Of a DNA stretch of 32,000 nucleotides, positions 9,319 to 19,855 are shown piece after piece. Each line of letters opens with the position of its first letter. Position 1 is the stretch's first letter. A program made the translations under genes and the position numbers. The DNA is from Vibrio vulnificus CMCP6 (lineage in GTDB: Bacteria; Pseudomonadota; Gammaproteobacteria; Enterobacterales; Vibrionaceae): positions 3,136,104 to 3,168,103 of the forward strand of contig NC_004459.3 of the NCBI RefSeq assembly GCF_000039765.1. Reading direction: 5' to 3'. The notes under the pieces are model-generated. The model had not been told where the DNA came from, ran no database searches, and was given only the letters and a program-made list of their open reading frames with translations.

Positions 9319-9710
9319 TGTTTAAAAAAGTACTCTCTGCATCGTTAGTGTTGTTGGCATTAGCGGGCTGTTCTTCAAATGGTGAGAAAGAGCGCCAATT
9401 AGAGCTCATGGCGTCTAACCGCGCTGGCGTACTCTCGGCGGGATTACCGATTGAATACGGTCCACTTAAAGTCATGCGTATTTCATCATCGAAAAACATT
9501 GTTGAGATCATGATGATCTACAACACCGACGCGACTGGTGCAAAACCGACACAAGAGCTGCTTTCCACCAGCGTAAGTAAATACTGTGAAGACGCAACCG
9601 TGCGAAACCAACTCGATATGGGGCTGATGTATCGCATCAAAATTCGCAACTCTCGTGGGCAACTGATCATCGATGAGATGGTGACGGCGGCTAGCTGTCA
9701 GCCACAATAG
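9318..9710 (+). CDS. Small lipoprotein of unknown function (possible AspS/YghG-type pilotin family)
   Basis: Signal peptide plus lipobox LLALAGC|SS. Its start overlaps the yciI stop (TAATG). There are two conserved-looking Cys residues (KYCEDATV and AASCQ). The family assignment rests only on remembered motif resemblance. Confidence 0.75.
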   Translation: MFKKVLSASLVLLALAGCSSNGEKERQLELMASNRAGVLSAGLPIEYGPLKVMRISSSKNIVEIMMIYNTDATGAKPTQELLSTSVSKYCEDATVRNQLDMGLMYRIKIRNSRGQLIIDEMVTAASCQPQ

Positions 9711-9744
9711 CGGCTTGCTTCGAAAGCCGCGCTCAATAACAGCA

Positions 9745-9770
9745 AAAACGGAGGTCATGACCTCCGTTTT
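9745..9770. terminator. Bidirectional rho-independent terminator between the convergent lipoprotein gene and yqjG
   Basis: AAAACGGAGGTC-at-GACCTCCGTTTT is a perfect 12-bp stem flanked by an A-run and a T-run. Confidence 0.85.
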
Positions 9771-9807
9771 ATTTAAGTTCACTTCACGACATCTGATCGC
9801 AAATTCC

Positions 9808-10758
9808 CTAACGTCCAATGCCCTCACGACCGTGGTCACTGTCCAAATCCAAATTGGGGCCTAATGGCACAACTTGCGTTGGATTAATCCCAATGTGACT
9901 AAAATAGTAATGGCGTTTAATGTGGTAGAAATCTGTCGTTTCAGCAATCCCTTCGATCTGATACAGCTCTTTCATGTAGCCATTAAGATGGGGGTAATCC
10001 GCAATACGCTTTTGATTACACTTAAAATGACCAACGTACACCGCATCAAAGCGGATCAGTGTGGTGAACAGGCGCCAATCGGCTTCAGTCATTTGGCTGC
10101 CCGCTAAGTAACGATGCGTCGCGAGATGATGCTCCACACGATCGAGTGCAGAAAAAAGAGCGTTATACGCTTCTTCATAAGCCTCTTGCGTCGTGGCAAA
10201 CCCACAACGATAAACGCCGTTGTTGATGTTGGGGTAAATGAAGGCGTTCCACTCTTCGATCACCTCACGTAATGAATCTGGATAGTAATCATCTTGATTC
10301 CCCGTCAGTTGATTAAACGCCGAGTTAAACATGCGAATGATTTCCGATGATTCGTTGCTCACGATTGTATTGGTTTTCTTGTCCCAAAGAACGGGAACCG
10401 TCACTCGCCCAGTATAATCAGGTTTTGCTTGGGTATAGATTTGATGCAATTTGGTATGACCAAACAAGGGCTCTGGCAACCCCATCTTCCATCCATCACT
10501 GAGCATGTCAGGGCAAACCACGGTGACATCAATATGCTCTTCCAGCCCCTTTAATTTGCGGAAAATCAGCGTTCGGTGTGCCCAAGGGCAAGCTAACGAA
10601 ACATAAAGGTGATAGCGACCCGATTCCGGCTGAAAGGGTGCTTGTGGTTTATTTTCAATCCAGTCACGAAATCCTGCATCTTCACGCACGAACTTTCCTT
10701 TGGTCTGCTTTGTATCGTACCAAACGTCGTGCCATACCCCTTCAATTAATTTGCCCAT
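9808..10758 (-). CDS. yqjG: Glutathionyl-hydroquinone reductase (Xi-class glutathione S-transferase)
   Basis: 316 aa with the Xi-class active-site motif CPWAHR. A strong GGAGG RBS precedes ATG 10758. Confidence 0.9.
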   Translation of the reverse strand: MGKLIEGVWHDVWYDTKQTKGKFVREDAGFRDWIENKPQAPFQPESGRYHLYVSLACPWAHRTLIFRKLKGLEEHIDVTVVCPDMLSDGWKMGLPEPLFGHTKLHQIYTQAKPDYTGRVTVPVLWDKKTNTIVSNESSEIIRMFNSAFNQLTGNQDDYYPDSLREVIEEWNAFIYPNINNGVYRCGFATTQEAYEEAYNALFSALDRVEHHLATHRYLAGSQMTEADWRLFTTLIRFDAVYVGHFKCNQKRIADYPHLNGYMKELYQIEGIAETTDFYHIKRHYYFSHIGINPTQVVPLGPNLDLDSDHGREGIGR

Positions 10759-10885
10759 GAACCCTCCTCACTTTTTTCTCAGTATAGGAAAAGGACGTGA
10801 TTTATTAAGCGCTAATATTTGCAAGTGATATTCGAAAAATTTGAACGTATCACCGACAAGGCAAGATTGAACTCAAATAATAGAG

Positions 10886-10920
10886 ATAAAAAAAGCGCGG
10901 CTCATAAAGAAACCGCGCTT
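10886..10920 (-). terminator. Rho-independent terminator of the opp operon
   Basis: On the minus strand: AAGCGCGG...CCGCGCTT stem followed by TTTTTTT, 25 nt after the oppF stop. Confidence 0.85.
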
Positions 10921-10944
10921 AAGCCCGTCACAGGCTGAATTACG

Positions 10945-11940
10945 TTACATCTCTACATGTAAACAAGACACTGCGTGTGTGTCATTACCTTGAATCGTTG
11001 GTTTGGTTTGCGCACACGCCTCTGTTGCCTGTGGGCAACGAGTGCGGAACACACAACCAGACGGCGGATTCATCGGTGAAGGCAGGTCGCCTTCAAGCAT
11101 TTGAATGGTTTTCGCGCGCTCCAACTTTGGATCTGGAATGGGCACAGCCGACATCAATGCGCGTGTGTATGGGTGTTTAGGGTCCGCAAACAAGGCTTCA
11201 GAGGTGCCGAGTTCAACCGCATTACCCAAGTACATCACCAAAACACGATCAGAAATGTGTTTTACCACCGAAAGGTCATGCGCAATGAACACCAAAGAAA
11301 GGCCTAGCTCTTTTTGCAGTTCTTTCAAAAGGTTAACTACCTGAGCTTGAATAGATACGTCAAGTGCTGAAACCGGTTCATCACAGATGATCATTTTCGG
11401 ATTCAGGATCAGAGCACGTGCAATACCGATACGCTGACACTGACCACCAGAAAACTCGTGTGGGTAGCGGTTAATCACGTTGGGTAGCAGACCTACTTTG
11501 GCCATCATCTCTTTCACGCGAGACTTCACTTCCTGCTTACCAAGTTCAGGGTAGAAGGTTTCTAGTGGCTCAGCGATGATGTCACCGATGGTCATACGTG
11601 GGTTAAGCGAGGCAAGCGGATCTTGGAAAATCATCTGCATGTCTTTGCGTGTTTCGCGACGTTGCACTTCTTTCATCTTAGTGAGGTCTTGACCTAGCCA
11701 TACCACTTCACCTTCAGTCGCATTCACCAGACCAATGATGGCACGCGCGAAAGTAGACTTACCACAACCGGACTCGCCCACTACACCAAGGGTTTCACCT
11801 TCATAAAGACGAATATTCACACCGTCAACCGCTTTAAGACTCGACGGTTTGCTCCATGGCCATGCCGACTTGGATGCAATGCTAAAGTGAACTTTAAGGT
11901 CTTTTACATCCAGTAGGATTTTTTTCTCTTGTGCACTCAT
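10945..11940 (-). CDS. oppF: Oligopeptide ABC transporter ATP-binding protein
   Basis: Walker [10 protein letters not shown], signature LSGGQ-like FSGGQCQR, Walker B IICDE. ATG 11940 overlaps the oppD stop (ATGA). The track start (11958) is an extension into oppD. Confidence 0.93.
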   Translation of the reverse strand: MSAQEKKILLDVKDLKVHFSIASKSAWPWSKPSSLKAVDGVNIRLYEGETLGVVGESGCGKSTFARAIIGLVNATEGEVVWLGQDLTKMKEVQRRETRKDMQMIFQDPLASLNPRMTIGDIIAEPLETFYPELGKQEVKSRVKEMMAKVGLLPNVINRYPHEFSGGQCQRIGIARALILNPKMIICDEPVSALDVSIQAQVVNLLKELQKELGLSLVFIAHDLSVVKHISDRVLVMYLGNAVELGTSEALFADPKHPYTRALMSAVPIPDPKLERAKTIQMLEGDLPSPMNPPSGCVFRTRCPQATEACAQTKPTIQGNDTHAVSCLHVEM

Positions 11941-12911
11941 TTTGTCCAAGCCTCCCATTCAGAAAAACACGCACGCTGACGACCATCGGCAAATGGGGTC
12001 AAGATTGGCGCTTCACGTTTACAACGATCTATTACGCGATGGCAACGCTCTTGGTAAGGGCAGCCAGGTGGTAGGCGCAGTAGGTTTGGTGGGTTACCAG
12101 GAATGGTTGGCAGAATCTCACCTTCGGTATCCAAACGTGGGATCGCCTTAAGCAGACCTTCCGCATATGGGTGGCTTGGGTTGTAGAAAATTTCGTCAAC
12201 AGTGCCATATTCCATGGTACGACCGGCGTACATAACCAGCACTTTGTCACAAGAGCCAGCCACGACACCAAGGTCATGAGTGATCATGATGATGGCAGTG
12301 TTGAACTCTTGTTTCAGCTCGTTGAGCAGATCCATAATCTGTGCTTGAACCGTTACGTCAAGTGCGGTCGTCGGCTCGTCGGCAATCAACAATTTAGGAC
12401 GGCACAATAGCGCCATCGCAATCATCACGCGCTGACGCATACCACCCGAAAATTCGTGTGGATACATGGTAATACGCTTGCGAGCTTCTGGAATCTTAAC
12501 CGCTTCTAACATGCGCACAGACTCTTCAAACGCCTCTGCTTTGCCCATGCCTTTGTGCAGCATCAACACTTCCATGAGCTGATCGCTCACCTTCATGTAG
12601 GGGTTCAGAGAGGTCATCGGATCTTGGAAGATCATCGCAATCTGTTCAGCACGAACTTTATTCAGTTCTTTCTCTGGCAAGTTCAGAATTTCTTTACCTT
12701 CGAACTTTGCGCTGCCTGAGATAATACCGTTTTTGGCCAGCAGACCCATGATCGCAAATACGGTTTGCGATTTGCCTGAACCTGACTCACCTACGATCCC
12801 GAGTGTTTCACCCTGATTGAGTGAGAAATTTAAATCGTTTACTGCGGTCACGATACCATCTTGCGTGGTAAATTCGACGCGCAGATCTTTGACATCTAAT
12901 AAGCTCATCAT
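11937..12911 (-). CDS. oppD: Oligopeptide ABC transporter ATP-binding protein
   Basis: Walker A GESGSGKSQ, FSGGMRQR, Walker B LIADEPTT, and the C-terminal oligopeptide/dipeptide ABC domain. Confidence 0.95.
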   Translation of the reverse strand: MMSLLDVKDLRVEFTTQDGIVTAVNDLNFSLNQGETLGIVGESGSGKSQTVFAIMGLLAKNGIISGSAKFEGKEILNLPEKELNKVRAEQIAMIFQDPMTSLNPYMKVSDQLMEVLMLHKGMGKAEAFEESVRMLEAVKIPEARKRITMYPHEFSGGMRQRVMIAMALLCRPKLLIADEPTTALDVTVQAQIMDLLNELKQEFNTAIIMITHDLGVVAGSCDKVLVMYAGRTMEYGTVDEIFYNPSHPYAEGLLKAIPRLDTEGEILPTIPGNPPNLLRLPPGCPYQERCHRVIDRCKREAPILTPFADGRQRACFSEWEAWTK

Positions 12912-12936
12912 TGCTTCCTTAATCTTATCGTTCTAA

Positions 12937-13845
12937 TTATCTGTCTTTTGGATCCAGCGCATCGCGCAAGCCATCACCGACGTAGTTGAAACAGAATAGA
13001 GTGACAACCATGAACAGGGCTGGGAAAGCCAACTGCCAAATAGCCACTTCCATTGTTTGAGAGCCTTCTTGTAGAAGTGCGCCCCAACTTGTCATTGGCT
13101 CTTGAACCCCAAGACCAAGGAATGAAAGGAAAGATTCAGTCAGAATCATGCTCGGAATCAATAGTGTTGAGTAAACCGCAACAATGCCAAGTACGTTTGG
13201 CACAATGTGGCGAGTGATGATCTTCCACTTGCTCACACCACAAACGTGGGCGGCTTCGATAAACTCTTTGCTACGTAAGCTCAGTGTTTGACCACGTACA
13301 ATACGCGCCATATCCAACCAAGCAATCGCACCGATAGCCACGAAGATAAGCACAATGTTACGGCCGAAGAATGTCACCAGTACGATAACAAGGAACATGA
13401 AAGGCACTGCGTAAAGGATTTCAAGAATACGCATCATAATACGGTCAGTACGGCCACCAATAAAACCTGAGGCCGCGCCGTAGAGCGTACCAATCGTAAC
13501 CGCGACCAATGCACCAAGTACACCCACCATTAGCGAGATACGACCACCAATCAAGGTACGGACGTACAAATCTCGGCCTAAACTATCCGTACCAAACCAA
13601 TGCTCAGCATTTGGTCCAACGTGCATGGCATACCAGTCAGTATCATCAAACGTGAAAGGTGCTAGCATTGGTAGGAAAATGACAGCAAGTGTCATCACCA
13701 TAAGGATAAACAAACTCACCATCGCAGCTTTGTTGCGCATAAAGCGAATGCGGGCATCTTGCCATAAGCTGCGGCCTTCAATTTCTAGGTTTTCTGAAAA
13801 CTTCTCAAGCGCTTCCAGATTCTCTTTTTTCGTCAACATAACCAT
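12937..13845 (-). CDS. oppC: Oligopeptide ABC transporter permease
   Basis: 302 aa BPD-type permease with the EAA-loop region (EFIEAAHVCGVSKWKII). Confidence 0.93.
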   Translation of the reverse strand: MVMLTKKENLEALEKFSENLEIEGRSLWQDARIRFMRNKAAMVSLFILMVMTLAVIFLPMLAPFTFDDTDWYAMHVGPNAEHWFGTDSLGRDLYVRTLIGGRISLMVGVLGALVAVTIGTLYGAASGFIGGRTDRIMMRILEILYAVPFMFLVIVLVTFFGRNIVLIFVAIGAIAWLDMARIVRGQTLSLRSKEFIEAAHVCGVSKWKIITRHIVPNVLGIVAVYSTLLIPSMILTESFLSFLGLGVQEPMTSWGALLQEGSQTMEVAIWQLAFPALFMVVTLFCFNYVGDGLRDALDPKDR

Positions 13846-13856
13846 ATACGTCCCTG

Positions 13857-14777
13857 TTAGTAGCGAATTTTCGGATCAATCATCGCCAACAGAATATCTA
13901 CAATGGCGTTGAACAGAATAAACAAGAAACCGATCAGAATCGTTACGCCCATAACCAGCGAATAGTCACGGTTAAATGCGGCGTTAACAAATAGCTTACC
14001 AATACCTGGTAGACCAAAGATGGTTTCGATAACAACAGAGCCGGTAATAATGCCGACAAACGCTGGACCCATGTAAGAAACCACAGGCAACATAGCGGGT
14101 TTGAGTGCGTGCTTTACGATGATGTAAGGGTAGCTCAACCCTTTCGCTCGAGCTGTACGAATAAAGTTACTGTTGAGCGTTTCGATCATCGAACCACGAG
14201 TGATACGTGCGAAGGTCGCGACATAAAGCAGCGACATACCGATAACCGGTAGGACAAGATACTTCAGACCGCCATCATGCCAACCGCCTGCCGGGAACAG
14301 ATCCCAATGCAGCGCAAAGAGATAGATCAGCGCGGGGGCTAACACAAACGATGGCATAACCACACCAATCATGGCCGTAGACATAATGGTGTAATCCACC
14401 CAAGTATTGTGTTTGAGTGCGGCAATGGTGCCGACCGTGACCCCGAGAATAACGGTAAAGATAAACGCAATGAAACCAACTTTCGCCGATACCGGCAACG
14501 CAACGGAAATCAATTCGTTTACTGAATAGTCAAGGTATTTAAACGACGGGCCAAAATCGCCCTGAATAACGTTAAATAAGTAAGTGGTGTATTGTTCGAT
14601 CACCGGCTTATCTAGGCCATATTTGGCTTCGATATTGGCCATAACTTCAGGTGGAAGTGGCTTCTCACTTGAAAATGGGTTACCTGGTGCGAAACGCATA
14701 AGAAAGAAAGATACGGTGATCAAAACCAACATGGTTGGAATCGCCTCAAAGATCCTTTTAATGATGAATTTAAGCAT
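13857..14777 (-). CDS. oppB: Oligopeptide ABC transporter permease
   Basis: 306 aa. The MLKFIIKRIFEAIPTMLVLIT N-terminus and FIRTARAKGLS motif are typical of OppB/DppB. Confidence 0.95.
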   Translation of the reverse strand: MLKFIIKRIFEAIPTMLVLITVSFFLMRFAPGNPFSSEKPLPPEVMANIEAKYGLDKPVIEQYTTYLFNVIQGDFGPSFKYLDYSVNELISVALPVSAKVGFIAFIFTVILGVTVGTIAALKHNTWVDYTIMSTAMIGVVMPSFVLAPALIYLFALHWDLFPAGGWHDGGLKYLVLPVIGMSLLYVATFARITRGSMIETLNSNFIRTARAKGLSYPYIIVKHALKPAMLPVVSYMGPAFVGIITGSVVIETIFGLPGIGKLFVNAAFNRDYSLVMGVTILIGFLFILFNAIVDILLAMIDPKIRY

Positions 14778-14817
14778 AAACTCACTCTTTCAGTCTGTGA
14801 CAGTTTAAATGAAATTA

Positions 14818-14850
14818 GACGCTGCATGCGGCTATACCACATGCAGTGTC
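14818..14850 (-). other. Intercistronic stem-loop between oppA and oppB
   Basis: An 11-bp imperfect inverted repeat (GACGCTGCATG ... CATGCAGTGTC) sits in the 103-bp oppA-oppB spacer. Confidence 0.5.
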
Positions 14851-14880
14851 TCTATTTTTTATAGTTATCAGCTTAGGTGA

Positions 14881-16512
14881 TTACTTCGCGATGATGTAGA
14901 GATCTTTTGAGTAGATCTTCTCTTCCGCATTGTTTGATGGGAAACCACCAACACGTGGATTTAGTAGACGCGAACGTACATATTGGTAGATTGGTGCGAT
15001 AGGCATATCTTTTGCCATCAGATTTTCAGCATCCAAGTACAGCGCAGTACGCTCTGCTTCAGATGTTGACTTCAGCGCTTTGTCGATCAGAGCATCATAC
15101 TCTGCATTACCCCAGTGCTGACCACCCGTTGTATTCGCGCTCACCATCAGAGTTAGGAACGAAGATGCTTCGTTGTAGTCGCCACACCAACCGGCGCGTG
15201 CCACTTCGAAATCACCTTGATCTTTAGTAGATAGGTAAGTTTTCCACTCTTGGTTTTCAAGATTAACATCTAGACCAAGTGTTTTCTTCCACATAGAACC
15301 GAGCGCAACGGCGATCTTCTTGTGGTTTTCGTTGGTGTTGTAAAGCAAAGTAAACTTCAGAGGGTTGCCTTTGCCGTAACCCGCTTCTTCAAGTAGGCGA
15401 GCCGCTTCTGCGTTACGCTCTTTCTGAGACATTTTACCGTACTCAGGAAGTTCTGGGTTGAAGTTTGCAGTGATCTCTGGCGTTAGGAAATACGCAGGCT
15501 TCTGACCCTGACCTAAGATCGCGTTTGCTACGATGTCACGGTCAATCGCGTAAGAGATCGCTTTACGTACACGTACGTCATCAAACGGCTTTTTCTTCGT
15601 GTTGAAAGAGTAGTAGTAAGTACATAGGCTGCCTTCAACAGAAACCGATTCTGGGTGTTCTTTTTTCAGACGCTTGAAGTGTTCAGTTGGTAGAGTTGAT
15701 GTAAAGTCAATTTCACCCGAAAGGAAACGGTTCATTTCTGCAACCGCGTTTTCGATTGGTAGGAAAGTGACTTTGTTGATCACTGTCTTAGAGTCATCCC
15801 AGTACTTGGTGTTACGAACCATTTCTAAACGTTCGTTAACAACCCATTTGTCTACAACAAACGCACCGTTACCGACGAAGTTTTCTGGCTTAGTCCATTG
15901 ATCACCAAACTTCTCTACCGTTGCTTTGTGTACTGGTTTCATGGTGGTGTGGCCAGTCATCATCACAAAGTAAGGAACCGCCGTTTCAAGCTCAATCACT
16001 AGCGTGTAATCGTCAGCCGCTTTTACACCAAGCTCAGACTTGTCTTTCTTCCCTGCAACGATGTCTTTCGCGTTTTTCATCTTGGTGTATTCCATGTACC
16101 AAGAGTATGGCGATGCTGTTGCTGGATCGACAGCACGTTGCCAGCTGTATACGAAATCTTGCGCGGTAACAGGGTCGCCGTTAGACCATTTTGCATCTTT
16201 ACGTAGGTGGAAAGTAAAGGTCTTGTTGTCCGTCGTTTCCCAGCTCGTTGCGACACCAGGAATGGTGTTGCCGTCTGCATCTTGGTTTACTAGACCTTCC
16301 AATAGGTCACGAATTACATGCGACTCTGGCACGCCTTGAGATTTGTGCGGGTCGATAGTAGCAACCTCAGTACCGTTACCACGAACGAGTTCTTGTTTTG
16401 CTGCTAATTTAGTTCCAGCTGGTACGTCTGCGGCAAGAGCAGAAAGAGAGGTAGTTGCGAGTGTTAGACCAGCACCAAGAAGAAGTGCTTGGGTGATTTT
16501 GTTCTTATACAT
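14881..16512 (-). CDS. oppA: Periplasmic oligopeptide-binding protein
   Basis: Family-5 solute-binding protein with a Sec signal peptide ending ALA|AD. ATG 16512 (MYKNKITQ...) has a GGAG RBS 8 nt upstream. The track start at 16563 is an extension. Confidence 0.95.
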   Translation of the reverse strand: MYKNKITQALLLGAGLTLATTSLSALAADVPAGTKLAAKQELVRGNGTEVATIDPHKSQGVPESHVIRDLLEGLVNQDADGNTIPGVATSWETTDNKTFTFHLRKDAKWSNGDPVTAQDFVYSWQRAVDPATASPYSWYMEYTKMKNAKDIVAGKKDKSELGVKAADDYTLVIELETAVPYFVMMTGHTTMKPVHKATVEKFGDQWTKPENFVGNGAFVVDKWVVNERLEMVRNTKYWDDSKTVINKVTFLPIENAVAEMNRFLSGEIDFTSTLPTEHFKRLKKEHPESVSVEGSLCTYYYSFNTKKKPFDDVRVRKAISYAIDRDIVANAILGQGQKPAYFLTPEITANFNPELPEYGKMSQKERNAEAARLLEEAGYGKGNPLKFTLLYNTNENHKKIAVALGSMWKKTLGLDVNLENQEWKTYLSTKDQGDFEVARAGWCGDYNEASSFLTLMVSANTTGGQHWGNAEYDALIDKALKSTSEAERTALYLDAENLMAKDMPIAPIYQYVRSRLLNPRVGGFPSNNAEEKIYSKDLYIIAK

Positions 16513-17000
16513 GCATAAACTCCAAGTTTTATATTTGCATCCATGACTTCTTTGCCAAAACACCAGAACGGCAGTGTTTTAGAACTTTTTAGCTGCGTTT
16601 TAGAAAACAAAACAACTAAAAGCATTGCAAAGATTGCGGCACACATTAGCAATCATTGAAGTAATTTGCCATAAAAATGTAGCAAAAAACTCAATAATCC
16701 TGACTGAACGCCACGAAAATAGCACCTTATGCCAGTATATTAATTTCTTATGGTTATTTTCATTTACCAGACCAATCAGCCATAGCTATAAGTGCCAATA
16801 AATCTAAAAAATAACCACATACCAGCATCTTGTGCTAGATAATTAGCCAAAAATTAACATTTACGACACATGACGTCTAACGAATTGTGGGAATTGTATT
16901 GTCAGAAAATTGAAGAGTGTGAAGAGACTCACCGAACGGAAATTGAAGAAGGAAAAATTGTTAGAGCATTTGTTCGGTCACAACAAACTGCTCTGTCACA

Positions 17001-17037
17001 GCAAAATAACAAAAGCGATGGGTCGAACCATCGCTTT
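17001..17037 (-). terminator. Rho-independent terminator of the moa operon
   Basis: On the minus strand: AAAGCGATGG-ttcgac-CCATCGCTTT followed by TGTTATTTT, 32 nt after the moaE stop. Confidence 0.8.
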
Positions 17038-17068
17038 GAATCACAAATTTAGCATATAGCGGAAACCG

Positions 17069-17524
17069 CTATGATTGCCAACGCTCAGCCGCTTGGGCAT
17101 CAGACTCTCTAGACTCAACCCATCGAGTCGTTTCAGTTGTACGTTCTTTTTTCCAGAAAGGCGCTTTGGTCTTGAGATAATCCATAATGAACTCACAAGC
17201 CTCAAACGCCGCACCGCGATGTGCACTCGACACCCCAACATACACGATTTGATCACCGATATTGAGGTCTCCAACTCGATGGATAACACGGACATTCAGC
17301 AACGGCCATCTCTGCTCGGCTTGATCACAAATCTCACCCAGCGCTTTTTCCGTCATACCTGGATAATGCTCCAAACTTAGGCCCGTGACATTATCGCCCA
17401 AGTTCATGTCTCTCACCTTGCCAACAAAAGTCACCACAGCGCCTGCCGCGCTCCCCTGTGACAACCACGCATATTCTGCTGCGATGTCGAAATCTTCGAC
17501 TTGAACTGAGATACGATTATCCAC
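17069..17524 (-). CDS. moaE: Molybdopterin synthase catalytic subunit
   Basis: 151 aa with MoaE-family sequence (GAVVTFVGKVRD, HYPGMTEKAL), last gene of moaABCDE. Confidence 0.95.
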   Translation of the reverse strand: MDNRISVQVEDFDIAAEYAWLSQGSAAGAVVTFVGKVRDMNLGDNVTGLSLEHYPGMTEKALGEICDQAEQRWPLLNVRVIHRVGDLNIGDQIVYVGVSSAHRGAAFEACEFIMDYLKTKAPFWKKERTTETTRWVESRESDAQAAERWQS

Positions 17525-17525
17525 G

Positions 17526-17771
17526 CTACCCCCCTGTCACGGGAGGGAAAAAGGCCACTTCGTCACCATCTTGCAGTGTTGTTTCCAGTGGAACAATCGA
17601 CTGATTGACTGCAGCAAGCAATTTCCCAGCCTCTAAAGCAAGTGACCACTTACCTTCTTGCTCTGCTAAATGTGCTCGAAGTGATTCAACGGTGTCGAAG
17701 TTCGCCTCTACATCGACTGAATCCACACCCACCAGCTCACGGGTTTGAGCAAAGAATAAAACCTTAATCAT
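17526..17771 (-). CDS. moaD: Molybdopterin synthase sulfur-carrier subunit
   Basis: 81 aa ending in the diagnostic C-terminal Gly-Gly (PPVTGG). Its start overlaps the moaC stop (ATGA). Confidence 0.95.
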
Positions 17772-18247
17772 GCTTCCACCTTAAAGTGTCCAGACTTGCC
17801 ACCCGTTTTCTCTAGCAAACGCACGGGGCCAATCACCATGTCTTTTTGTACCGCTTTACACATATCGTAAATTGTCAGTGCCGCGACAGACGCCGCGGTC
17901 AGCGCTTCCATCTCCACACCCGTTTTGCCTGCCAGCTTACACACAGATTCAATACGCACTTTATTTTCAGCTTCGATGGCTTGTAACTGCACTTCAACTT
18001 TTGAAAGCAATAACGGATGACACAATGGGATCAAATCCCAAGTTTTCTTCGCCGCTTGTATGCCTGCGATTCTCGCCGTGGCAAACACATCCCCTTTGTG
18101 ATGCTGACCAGAAACAATCAGCTGTAATGTCTCTGGTGCCATATGCACAAACGCTTCCGCACGTGCTTCGCGTACCGTTTCAGCTTTGGCAGACACATCC
18201 ACCATGTTTGCTTCGCCAGAGGCGTTGATGTGAGTAAACTGGCTCAT
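17768..18247 (-). CDS. moaC: Cyclic pyranopterin monophosphate synthase accessory protein
   Basis: 159 aa with MoaC motifs ([23 protein letters not shown]). Confidence 0.95.
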
Positions 18248-18257
18248 GGGCTCTCCT

Positions 18258-18770
18258 TTATACGCTCAGGTGAGGCATAAAGTTGCAAGGACGATGGCTC
18301 GCATCCAATTGTTGCTTGATGATTTTAGTCCAACCCGTACGACAAGCCCCCGTTGAGCCAGGCATAGCAAAAATCACTGTATGATTTGCAAAACCGGCAA
18401 TCGCGCGAGATTGAATCGTCGAAGTGCCAATTTCTTCATAAGAAACCAGACGGAACAACTCACCAAAACCTTCAACCTCTTTATCAAAAAGCGGTTTCAG
18501 TGCCTCTGGAGTACTGTCGCGAGAAGTGAATCCGGTACCACCAGTGATCATGATCGCTTGCACGTTTTCATCTGCGATCCATTGAGAGACGATCGCACGA
18601 ATCTTGTACATGTCATCGATGACAATTTGTTTGTCGACCACGTTGTGGCCTGCTTCTTTTGCATTTTCGACGAGGTACGCACCAGAAGTATCATTTTCTT
18701 CCGTGCGTGTATCAGAAACAGTTAGAACAGCGATATTCGCTGGTTGGAATTTACTTTCAGCGTGACCCAT
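18258..18770 (-). CDS. moaB: Molybdenum cofactor biosynthesis protein B
   Basis: 170 aa MoaB/MogA-fold protein (ITGGTG, PGSTGA). Confidence 0.93.
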
Positions 18771-18850
18771 GTGTTCACCTTTTCTCTTGAGTTAATAGCG
18801 TTATCGGTGGTCATCATCGTGACCGCCTTAGAGGTATTCTTTGTTCTGTA

Positions 18851-19840
18851 TTAGCCGCCAATAGATGCTAAGTGCGGCGTCATGCCCGTCTGACCTTCGT
18901 TTAAGAAATGGCTGACAGATTTAGTCTGTAACTCCGACTGAATTCGGGCAATGAGATCAGACTCTTGATCGTCTTGTTGCAGCAGGTCGCGCAGCTCGAC
19001 GCCTCGATCACCAAATAGACACAAATGCAATTTGCCTTTTGCAGAAACTCGTAAGCGGTTACAGCTCGCACAAAAGTCTTTTTCGTAAGGCATGATCAAA
19101 CCAATCTCACCTTGATAATCAGGGTGAACGAACACTTGCGCAGGGCCATCATTAGCCGCCTTCACTTTCAGTAACCAGCCATTTGCGATCAGATGATTGC
19201 GAATCGCCACACCGGAGACATGATGTTGTTGGAATAAAGTGTCCATCTCACCCGTTTGCATCAGTTCGATAAAACGCAATTGGATCGGGCGATGCTTAAT
19301 CCAGTGCAAAAAAGCAGGTAACTCGTTGTGGTTGAGATCTTTCATCAACACAACGTTGACTTTCACTTGTTCAAAACCCACTTCAAACGCGCGATCAATC
19401 CCCGACATCACTTGGTGAAATTTATTCTCGCCAGTGATTTGATGGAACATACGTGGGTCAAGGCTATCCACGCTGACATTAATTTGGTTTAAACCTGCTT
19501 CTTTCCATTCTCCAATATGCTTTTCCATTCGATAGCCATTGGTGGTAGTGGCAACTCGCTTAATGCCTTGAGTTGATGCGACCGTGTGGATAATGTCAGT
19601 AAAATCTTTACGCAGACTTGGCTCTCCGCCAGTAATGCGCACTTTACTTGTGCCACAGTCAGCAAAAGCCTTAACGACTCGACGGATTTCAGAGAGGTTT
19701 AAAAAAGACGAGTTTTTCTGCCCCGAAGGTTGGTAACCATCAGGCAGACAATAGGTACATTTGAAATTACACACGTCCGTCACAGACAAACGCAAGTAAT
19801 AGAATTTGCGGTGGAATCTATCTTCGAATTGTTGCGCCAC
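18851..19840 (-). CDS. moaA: GTP 3',8-cyclase (radical SAM)
   Basis: Radical-SAM cluster motif CNFKCTYC and a C-terminal second cluster CASCNRLR. I prefer GTG 19840, which has GGAAAGG 6 nt upstream, over the track's TTG 19855. Confidence 0.93.
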   Translation of the reverse strand: MAQQFEDRFHRKFYYLRLSVTDVCNFKCTYCLPDGYQPSGQKNSSFLNLSEIRRVVKAFADCGTSKVRITGGEPSLRKDFTDIIHTVASTQGIKRVATTTNGYRMEKHIGEWKEAGLNQINVSVDSLDPRMFHQITGENKFHQVMSGIDRAFEVGFEQVKVNVVLMKDLNHNELPAFLHWIKHRPIQLRFIELMQTGEMDTLFQQHHVSGVAIRNHLIANGWLLKVKAANDGPAQVFVHPDYQGEIGLIMPYEKDFCASCNRLRVSAKGKLHLCLFGDRGVELRDLLQQDDQESDLIARIQSELQTKSVSHFLNEGQTGMTPHLASIGG

Positions 19841-19855
19841 GGAACACCTTTCCAA

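Noticed and set aside
16870-17052. 60-aa plus-strand ORF in the oppA-moaE spacer.
   Set aside because: It has no Shine-Dalgarno sequence, its 3' end runs through the moa operon terminator hairpin, and it shows no recognisable family features.
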